A stretch of 64,000 nt of DNA from an uncultured Chloroflexia bacterium. GTDB lineage: Bacteria > Chloroflexota > Anaerolineae > CG2-30-64-16. How positions within the stretch are numbered: position 1 is the stretch's first letter; the number at the start of each line of letters is the position of its first letter. Positions 57,388-64,000 of the stretch are shown here, one piece after another. Location of the stretch: positions 128,001-192,000 of the forward strand of contig CAWEMM010000012.1 of NCBI GenBank assembly GCA_963810095.1, read 5' to 3'. A program made the position numbers and the translations under genes. The notes under the pieces are model-generated. The model was given only the letters and a program-made list of their open reading frames with translations, did not search any database and was not told where the DNA came from.

Positions 57388-58104
57388 CCTGAGGACTGCC
57401 CACACGAACTTGGGCAGGGCCAACTGCCGGCGCCAGCGTGACGGCTGCTTGATCAGCCGGTAGAGCCACTCCAGGTTGACCCGGCGCACCCACTCGGGTG
57501 CGCGCTGCTGCACACCCACGATGAAGTCCAGTGAGCCGCCCACTCCCATCATGGCCGGCACTCCGGCCTGCAACCCGTGCTGCGCGATCCAGAAGTCCTG
57601 CTTCGGGGCGCCATACGCCACAAACAAGACGTCGGGACGGGCCGACCGCACCCGCTCGACGATCTCGGCTGCGTCCTTGTCGGCCGGCGACCCTGCATAC
57701 GTGCCCACGACCTGCAGCCCGGGATATCGCTGGACGAGGATCTGTGCCGCCCGCTCGGCCACCCCCGGCCCCGCGCCCAGCAGGAACAGCCGCCAACCCT
57801 TCTCGGCCGCCCGGGCCGCAATCAGCGGCACACCGTCCGACCCGGTGACCCGCTCGGGGAGCGGCTGCCCCCTGCGCCGCGCCGCCCACAGCAGGCCCAC
57901 GCCGTCGGCAATGCACAGGTCGGCCGCGCTCAGGACGGCCGCAAAGGCCGGATCGCGCCGGGCCTCCATTACGAACTCGGGATTCACCGTGCAAATCTGG
58001 TGTGGACCCCGCTCGTGCACCCAGTGCTCGATGCAGTCCAGCATCCCTTCGAACGTGACGCCGTCGACGCGAATACCGAGGATGCGAACAGAATCGTAGG
58101 CCAT
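57352..58104 (-). CDS. WecB/TagA/CpsF family glycosyltransferase
   Basis: TVNPE, ADGVG, ERVTGSD, AYGAPKQD, GVGGSLD, LEWLYRL. Confidence 0.93.
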   Translation of the reverse strand: MAYDSVRILGIRVDGVTFEGMLDCIEHWVHERGPHQICTVNPEFVMEARRDPAFAAVLSAADLCIADGVGLLWAARRRGQPLPERVTGSDGVPLIAARAAEKGWRLFLLGAGPGVAERAAQILVQRYPGLQVVGTYAGSPADKDAAEIVERVRSARPDVLFVAYGAPKQDFWIAQHGLQAGVPAMMGVGGSLDFIVGVQQRAPEWVRRVNLEWLYRLIKQPSRWRRQLALPKFVWAVLREKPGFSKKPGF

Positions 58105-58113
58105 GCAGGCGCC

Positions 58114-59274
58114 CTAGCTCTTCGGTGCCCCGGCAGACCCCGCAGGACTCCGTTTGCCCCGTGCCACGCTCTCCAAAACGGCGAGCGTCTCCCGCGCACA
58201 CTTCTCCCACGAGAAGCGCTTGACATTCTCGTGCCCTCGGCGTCGCAGCTCGGCCGCCAGGTCCGGTTCTGTCACCAGCCGGTACATCGCGTCCGCGATC
58301 GCGTCCACATCGTGTGGATCGACCAGCAGCGCCGCATTGCCTGCCACCTCGGGCAGCGAAGACGTATTTGAGGTGATGACGGGCACGCCGCAACCTCCTG
58401 CTTCGAGAATCGGGATGCCAAACCCTTCGTACAGCGATGGGAAGACGAACGCAGTGGCCGCGCTCAGCAGCGCAGCCATGTCTTCGTCAGGGACGTAGCC
58501 CGGGAAGACAACCCGCTCGTCCAACCCGGCGCGCGCGACCCGCTCGAAGAGCGAGTCGTACAGCCAGCCCTGCTTGCCCGCCAATACCAGCTGCACGTCG
58601 GCCATCTGGGGCCGGTCGCACAGCCGCTCAAATGCTTGAACGACGCGCTCCAGGTTTTTGCGGGGCTGCAAGGTGCCCACATACAACAGGTAGCGCTGGG
58701 CCAGGTCGTACTTGGCCCGCACCGCGGCCAGCTTCAGCGGATTGGTCACCTGCTTCAGCGACTCATCCCGACCCAGGTACACCACGTGCACTTTATCCGC
58801 CCGCGCGCCGTAGGCCCGGATCAAGTCCGCCTTCGTCGCCCTCGAGTCGGCCAGCACGGCAGCGGCCTGGTGCGCGTTCCAGCGGGTCGACCAGTCCAGG
58901 TAGCGCCGGTCCGCAGGCTTGTGCGCCTCGGGATAAGACAGGTAGCCCAGGTCGTGGATCGTGACGACGCTGGCACGGGGATGAAACAGCGGCAGGACGT
59001 GCGCAGGCACGAAAAGCACGTCGGGTGGGTCAGCCACCATCTCCGCGCTGAGCCGGGCGTGCGTCCACAACCGGCGAAACGGGATATCGCGCACTTCGGC
59101 CGAGCCGCGCTCGGCTTGGCCGAACAACCCCTCAGGGGGCGGACTGTTCGTGTACAGCCGAAAGTGGTGGCCTTGCCCCAGGCGCAGCATCTCCTGGATG
59201 ACGTGAACCGAGTAGACCTCGGTTCCCGTTCGCCGCTTGACGGTTGCACGGCTGGCATCGACGCCGATCAGCAT
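58114..59274 (-). CDS. Glycosyltransferase family 4
   Basis: VTIHDL, VGTLQPRKN, FPSLYEGFGIPILE. Confidence 0.93.
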   Translation of the reverse strand: MLIGVDASRATVKRRTGTEVYSVHVIQEMLRLGQGHHFRLYTNSPPPEGLFGQAERGSAEVRDIPFRRLWTHARLSAEMVADPPDVLFVPAHVLPLFHPRASVVTIHDLGYLSYPEAHKPADRRYLDWSTRWNAHQAAAVLADSRATKADLIRAYGARADKVHVVYLGRDESLKQVTNPLKLAAVRAKYDLAQRYLLYVGTLQPRKNLERVVQAFERLCDRPQMADVQLVLAGKQGWLYDSLFERVARAGLDERVVFPGYVPDEDMAALLSAATAFVFPSLYEGFGIPILEAGGCGVPVITSNTSSLPEVAGNAALLVDPHDVDAIADAMYRLVTEPDLAAELRRRGHENVKRFSWEKCARETLAVLESVARGKRSPAGSAGAPKS

Positions 59275-59352
59275 GGATCCTGTCTTTATGCGGCCCGCCC
59301 GGTCAGGTTCGGCCGGCAGTGTGCGCCACGAGAAGAGACTGCTATTCGTCTA

Positions 59353-59995
59353 TTATAGCACAGCGAGCAGGTCGGTTTCAGTCAGGGGCCCGGCCCGCAG
59401 AATCGCGCGGCACGGGACCCGTGACGTCGACCACGGTCGACGCCGCGCCGCCGGGGCACGGCCCGCCGTCGAGGATCAGGGCCACCCGCCCTTCGAGCTG
59501 CGCCCGCACTTCCTCTACGGTCACGGGCGAGGGCCCGCCCGAGAGGTTGGCGCTGGTCGTGGCGAGGGGTGCACCAGCAGCCCGAATCAGGGCGCGAGTC
59601 AGCTCGTGGTCGGGTATCCGCACGGCGACCGTGTCGCCGCCCGCCGTAACCTCGGCCGGAACGACCGCCGCTTTCGGCACGACAAGGGTCAGCGGGCCGG
59701 GCCAGAACGCCTCGGCCAGCTTCATGCCCACCGGCGGCAGGTGATCGGCGACGAGGGTGAGATCCGCGGGGTCTGCCAGCAGGATGGGGATCGCCTTGTC
59801 CAGGCTGCGGAGCTTGGCGGTATAGAGCCGGGCGACGGCGGCTTCGTTCCAGCAAACCGCACCCACGCCGTAGACGGTGTCCGTGGGAAACGCGACGAGT
59901 TCACCCGCCCTCAGAAGAGCGACAGCTGCGGCGAGGTCCGGATGTTGAGCGGGTTCAGGCCCCCCTGCCGCCAAGGAGGTACTTTTCGATGACAT
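59353..59995 (-). CDS. tsaC: Threonylcarbamoyl-AMP synthase TsaC/Sua5 (frameshift near 59405)
   Basis: FPTDTVYG, K.R, FWPGPLT, AVRIP, TSANLSG, STVVD; corrected tail ILRAGPLTETDLLAVL*. Confidence 0.9.
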
Positions 59996-60783
59996 AGGCC
60001 AATCCATCCTCCGTCACTGCCGGCGCCACCACGTCTGCCGCCTCAAACACCTCGGGCAGCGCGTTGCCCATCGCCACCCCTAACCCGGCCCACTCGATCA
60101 TGGAATTGTCATTGCCCGAATCGCCGACCGCAACCGTTTCGGCCCGATCGACGCCGAAGTGCTCGGCGAGATACTTCAGGCCGTGGCCTTTCGAGGCTTC
60201 GAGGGAGTGGACTTCGACAAACAGGTCGTGCGAGCGCACCACGCCGAGCCGGCCGGCGAACCGCTCCCGTAACTCGTCGCGCAACGCGTCGTTGGTCTCG
60301 GGTGCGCCGATAAACAGGCCCTTGAGGGGCGACCGCCCCAACGCGGCAAAGCGCTCGCAAATCTCGGCGTAGCTCGCCACGAATTGAATGGGCATGCCAA
60401 ACCAGCGTTCGTAGAACTCGGCGGGCCTACCGCGGTCGACGACGTACATCAGCTCTTCGTCGTAGACGTTGAGGTCGAGGTCCCGCTCTGCCGCCATGGC
60501 CAGCACCTCGCACATGGCGCCCGACGGCGCGGGCTCGGCAAACAGCACTCGCTTCTCGCCGGTGAGCTCGCGCACCATTGCGCCCTGGTAACAAATCACG
60601 GGCGCGTCGAGCCCGATGGCCAGCGCGTAGCGGGCGGCCGAGTCATAAGGCCGGCCGGTCGCGAGCACCGTGATTACGCCCGCGGCGCGGCGCCGCGTCG
60701 ATCGCCCGGCAGACGCGCTCGGAAGGCAGCTGCCCGTCGATAGCCGCCGTGCCGTCGTAATCAAATGCAAGTAGTCGGTACAA
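59955..60783 (-). CDS. Cof-type HAD-IIB hydrolase (frameshift near 60690)
   Basis: TTG start gives MYRLLAFDYDGT (motif I); second frame has LATGR, SKG, GDSGND, MGNA. Confidence 0.85.
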
Positions 60784-60797
60784 CAGAAGCTCTCTAA

Positions 60798-60868
60798 ACC
60801 ACAAAGACACAAAGACACGAAGCTCCGCAAAGGCTTAGTGCGCCTTCGTGTCTCCGTGTCTTTGTGGT
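60798..60868. repeat. (CACAAAGA)n octamer inverted-repeat hairpin element
   Basis: ACCACAAAGACACAAAGACACGAAG pairs with CTTCGTGTCTCCGTGTCTTTGTGGT. Confidence 0.8.
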
Positions 60869-60872
60869 GACG

Positions 60873-61772
60873 TCACGTCGAAATCACGACCACCCGGTCC
60901 AGGCCGGTGTAGTCCACCAGCACGCTGCACCCGCACTCGGGAAGCGCCGCGTTGACACATGAGCGCATGAGGGCGCCTTCATCCGACCCAATTTCCAGGA
61001 AGACGGTCGCGCCGGGCTTCAGCTTCGCCTTGCCCTGGCTCGATGCCGTGCTCTGCACCAGGCTCCGCAGCACGTCGCAGCCGTCCGGTCCGCCGTCCAG
61101 CGCCAACACAGGCTCGTACTCGCGCACCTGGCGCGGCAGTGTCGCCAGGTCCGGCGTTGCCACGTACGGCAAATTCGCTACGACGATGTCGACTGGCTCG
61201 GGCAGGCAGTCGAGGAGTGAGCCGGGCACCAGGTGCACCTGCTCGCCCACGCCGTAGCGCCAGACGTTCTTCTCGGCCACTTCCATGCAAGCAGCCGATA
61301 CGTCGGTGGCGTAGACGGTCGCCTCAGGAAAATTCACGGCCAGCGCCACCGCAATGGCGCCGCTGCCCGTGCCGATGTCTGCAATGACCGGCCGCTGGCC
61401 CTCGCGCAGCAGCCGCTGCGCCTGGCCCAACGCGCGCTCGACCAGCATTTCCGTCTCTGGCCGTGGGATCAATACCCGATTGTCTACGGTTATGTCAAGC
61501 CCATAGAACGGCTTGTAGCCGACGAGGTAAGCCACCGGCTCGTGACACATGCGCCGCCGAACCAGTGCCTCGAAACGAGCGATCTCACCTTCGGCCAATT
61601 GCCGGGTGGGATGCGCATAGAGCCACGCCTTGTTGACGCCCAACACGAAAGACAGCAATACCGAGGCGTCCAATTGGGCGGTCTCGATGCCCACTTCATT
61701 CAAGCGCCGGGTCGCCGCCAGCAAAGCACGGCCCACGTCACTCGAACGATCCAGCGACCAAACGATTTGCAA
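60873..61772 (-). CDS. prmC: Release factor glutamine methyltransferase PrmC/HemK
   Basis: EPVAYL, LIPRPETE, DIGTGSGAI, NLPY, ALDGG.DG; downstream of prfA; start uncertain (TTG 61772 with GAGG). Confidence 0.92.
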   Translation of the reverse strand: MQIVWSLDRSSDVGRALLAATRRLNEVGIETAQLDASVLLSFVLGVNKAWLYAHPTRQLAEGEIARFEALVRRRMCHEPVAYLVGYKPFYGLDITVDNRVLIPRPETEMLVERALGQAQRLLREGQRPVIADIGTGSGAIAVALAVNFPEATVYATDVSAACMEVAEKNVWRYGVGEQVHLVPGSLLDCLPEPVDIVVANLPYVATPDLATLPRQVREYEPVLALDGGPDGCDVLRSLVQSTASSQGKAKLKPGATVFLEIGSDEGALMRSCVNAALPECGCSVLVDYTGLDRVVVIST

Positions 61773-61902
61773 ACTTCTATCCTCGAAACACGGGCTTCCG
61801 CGCACTCCAACCACACTGGTCACAGACTCGGAGGCCCCGTTGCCGTTGGCGTCCCGTCCCAGGGACGCTGCCGAGAAAATCTTCATTTGTGAAGTGTTCA
61901 AG

Positions 61903-62982
61903 TCAATCCTCGCCGATGGCTTCCAGCCGCTCCGTTTGATCCGTCGTTGCCAACTCTTCGATGAATTCGTCCAGATCCCCGTTCATAAAGCCGATTAGGT
62001 TGTATGTTGTCCTGCCGATGCGGTGATCGGTGACCCGATTCTGGGGGTAGTTGTACGTGCGGATCTTCTCGCTCCGCTCCCCGGTGCCGACCTGGCTCCG
62101 TCGCGCCTCGCTGCGCTCGTTGGCCAGCCGTTCCTGCTCTGCCTGGTACAGGCGCGCGCGCAGGATCGCCATCGCCTTGATCTTGTTCTGTAGCTGTGAC
62201 TTCTCGTCCTGGCAGCTCACGACGAGTCCCGTGGGGAGATGGGTCACCCGAATGGCCGAGTCCGTGGTGTTGACGCTCTGCCCGCCCGGCCCGGTGGCGC
62301 GAAACACGTCGATGCGGACATCGCCCGGCGCGATCTGCACGTCGACCTCGTCCGCCTCGGGCAGCACCGCGACCGTCGCCGTCGAGGTGTGGATGCGCCC
62401 CTGCGCCTCGGTAACGGGCACGCGCTGCACCCGGTGGACGCCGCTTTCGAACTTGAGCCTCGAATACGCGCCGCGTCCCTTCACCTGGAAGACGATTTCC
62501 TTAAAGCCACCGATGCCGGTCTCCGCCTGGCTCATGATGTCGGTCTTGTAGCCGTGCTCCTCAGCCCACCGCGCGTACATGCGAAACAGGTCACCCGCGA
62601 AAAGAGCGGCTTCATCGCCGCCCGTACCGGCGCGAATTTCCACAATGACGTTTTTCTCGTCGAGCGGATCTTTCGGCACCAGTAATAAGCGTAAACGCTC
62701 TTCGCGCTGCGCCTGTTCCGCGGTCAGCCGCTCGACTTCGGCGCGCGCCATTTCGCTCATTTCGTCGTCGGCGCCCGCCTCCGCCAGGAGCATCTGCGCG
62801 CCCTCCATCTCGTCCTGGGCTGCGATCCAGGCCCGGTACTCGTTGACGATGGGCTCGATCTCCGACTGCTCGCGCGCCAAGTCGGCCAGGCGCCCGTGGT
62901 CCTTTGCCGCGGCCGGATCGGCCATCATCTCGTTCAGTTCTTCGTACCTGCGGTCTATCGCCGCAACCTTCTCAATTACCAT
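61903..62982 (-). CDS. prfA: Peptide chain release factor 1
   Basis: [12 protein letters not shown] (PxT), [14 protein letters not shown]. Confidence 0.97.
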   Translation of the reverse strand: MVIEKVAAIDRRYEELNEMMADPAAAKDHGRLADLAREQSEIEPIVNEYRAWIAAQDEMEGAQMLLAEAGADDEMSEMARAEVERLTAEQAQREERLRLLLVPKDPLDEKNVIVEIRAGTGGDEAALFAGDLFRMYARWAEEHGYKTDIMSQAETGIGGFKEIVFQVKGRGAYSRLKFESGVHRVQRVPVTEAQGRIHTSTATVAVLPEADEVDVQIAPGDVRIDVFRATGPGGQSVNTTDSAIRVTHLPTGLVVSCQDEKSQLQNKIKAMAILRARLYQAEQERLANERSEARRSQVGTGERSEKIRTYNYPQNRVTDHRIGRTTYNLIGFMNGDLDEFIEELATTDQTERLEAIGED

Positions 62983-63005
62983 GCGCGTCCTGTCGGGATA
63001 ATCTC

Positions 63006-63067
63006 AACACAAAGGCACAAAGACACGAAGGTCACAGAGAACCATGTGCGTTGGTGTCTTTGTGGTT
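63006..63067. repeat. (CACAAAGA)n octamer inverted-repeat hairpin element, second copy
   Basis: AACACAAAGGCACAAAGACACGAAG ... GGTGTCTTTGTGGTT. Confidence 0.75.
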
Positions 63068-63081
63068 CGAGCTGACTCTCG

Positions 63082-63630
63082 TCAGCCGATAAACACGGGG
63101 AGGTTGGCACAGGCAATAATGTGCTTCCACTTTTCCGGGTCGTTGCCTTCGGTAAACGCCGCAGCCTCAGCGATCACCTTGCCGCCGGCTTCCTCGACCA
63201 GGCGCGTCATGCCTGCCAGCGTGCTCCCCGTGGAGATCACGTCGTCGACCAGGACGATGCGCTTGCCCTTGACCAGGTGTACGTCCTTGCCGTCCAGCCA
63301 CAGCGTCTGCGGCGCGCCCGTCGTGATGGAGACTACATCGACGCTGAGCGAGCCAAGCATGTAGGGCTTGCGGGTCTTTCGGGCGACAATATACGGCTTT
63401 TGCAGCCGGACGGCCAGCGCATGCGCCAACGGGATGCTCTTGACTTCTGCCGTCATGATGGCATCGCATTCGTCGGGGATGCGCGCCACCAGCCAACCGG
63501 CCAGCGCCTCGACCACCTCGTAGTCGCCCAGCATGTTGAACAGCGCAATGCGCACGCTCGGCGCAACCTCGAAAAGGGGCAGGTCACGCTTCACGCCGCA
63601 GATGTCGACAGGGTAGGAATCCTGGGTCAT
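63082..63630 (-). CDS. Purine phosphoribosyltransferase (APRT-like)
   Basis: GGAGG RBS; EVKSIPLAH, ARK, VLVDDVISTGST PRPP loop. Confidence 0.9.
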   Translation of the reverse strand: MTQDSYPVDICGVKRDLPLFEVAPSVRIALFNMLGDYEVVEALAGWLVARIPDECDAIMTAEVKSIPLAHALAVRLQKPYIVARKTRKPYMLGSLSVDVVSITTGAPQTLWLDGKDVHLVKGKRIVLVDDVISTGSTLAGMTRLVEEAGGKVIAEAAAFTEGNDPEKWKHIIACANLPVFIG

Positions 63631-63745
63631 GGGTGTTACCTCCGCAGCCCTACGGGGTGCGACCACTCGTCGCGCAACGAACGGTCGCCCGCGCAAAACA
63701 GGCTCCAGCGCCAAAGCCAGAGCCTTTACAGCTTCAATTATAGCC

Positions 63746-63780
63746 GAGAAACCGGGTTTCTCCAAGAAACCCGGTTTCTC
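63746..63780. repeat. AGAAACCnGGTTTCT nested-palindrome repeat
   Basis: GAGAAACCGGGTTTCT-CCA-AGAAACCCGGTTTCTC, perfect 16-bp arms; partial copy at 63841. Confidence 0.85.
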
Positions 63781-64000
63781 CTGCTGAAGCAGGATCGTGA
63801 GCCGTAACGCGCCCGACGAGAGCAATGGCTTCTGCGAGCCACCCGGTTTCTGCTGCGGCTCGGTAACGAAAGTTGCATAACACGGACCCGCTTGGTTTAC
63901 AAACCGCTCCTATCATGGTATCCTAATGCTCCGCAGGCAATGCTACCCGCATAACTTATGACAAGGAGGTCCCCTGTGTCGCCGAAGCGCAGCGTTTACG

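Noticed and set aside
116-60783. Programmed frameshifting or mass pseudogenisation
   Set aside because: No slippery heptamers were seen, both halves of each gene are intact with no other decay, and a normally essential gene (tsaC) is affected, so sequencing error is more likely.
61773-61901. 43-aa N-terminal extension of PrmC
   Set aside because: It is not PrmC-like, and a TTG preceded by GAGG at 61772 is a more plausible start.
63976-64000. Gene start at the window edge (AAGGAGG + GTG)
   Set aside because: Only eight codons are visible, so it cannot be assigned.
1-64000. tRNA, rRNA, known riboswitches, transposases, prophage or defence genes
   Set aside because: No recognisable consensus or protein motifs were found by eye; an Infernal or HMM search would be needed to exclude them fully.

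Overview
GC-rich bacterial chromosomal window, most likely Chloroflexota (Anaerolineae/Caldilineae-like). This is inferred from Pro/Thr/Ala-linker lipoproteins, many NarL/PAS systems, TGnTAnnnT promoters and AGAAACCnGGTTTCT repeats. Layout: 0-14 kb is a general-stress-type gene neighbourhood (YhdF-like SDR, ElaB/YqjD-like, hydrophilin-like, ChaB, GlsB/YmgE, low-affinity iron permease, HisKA_2 kinase, OmpR regulator plus a sensor-less degenerate kinase). 14-24 kb holds divergent multi-PAS kinase/NarL pairs. 24-36 kb holds SDR, YcaQ-Fur, lipoproteins, HEAT, DoxX, an M1 peptidase, a GAF kinase and a TipA/Mta regulator. 36-47 kb holds a LacI-sensor hybrid kinase/AraC, a sugar ABC transporter with an almost perfectly duplicated binding domain, and a UroD/MtaA-family enzyme. 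47-64 kb holds redox, envelope (MurJ, TagA/WecG, GT4) and translation genes (tsaC, prmC, prfA). The most notable signal is a helically phased 11-bp-period YTTAAG direct-repeat array at seven intergenic loci. Most lie 21-22 nt upstream of a -10-like hexamer and in front of stress-type genes, and two flank the OmpR gene itself, suggesting a candidate OmpR-controlled general stress regulon. About a dozen single-base frameshifts look like long-read errors. No rRNA, tRNA, CRISPR array or transposase was recognised. All family calls come from reading motifs by eye, not from database searches.
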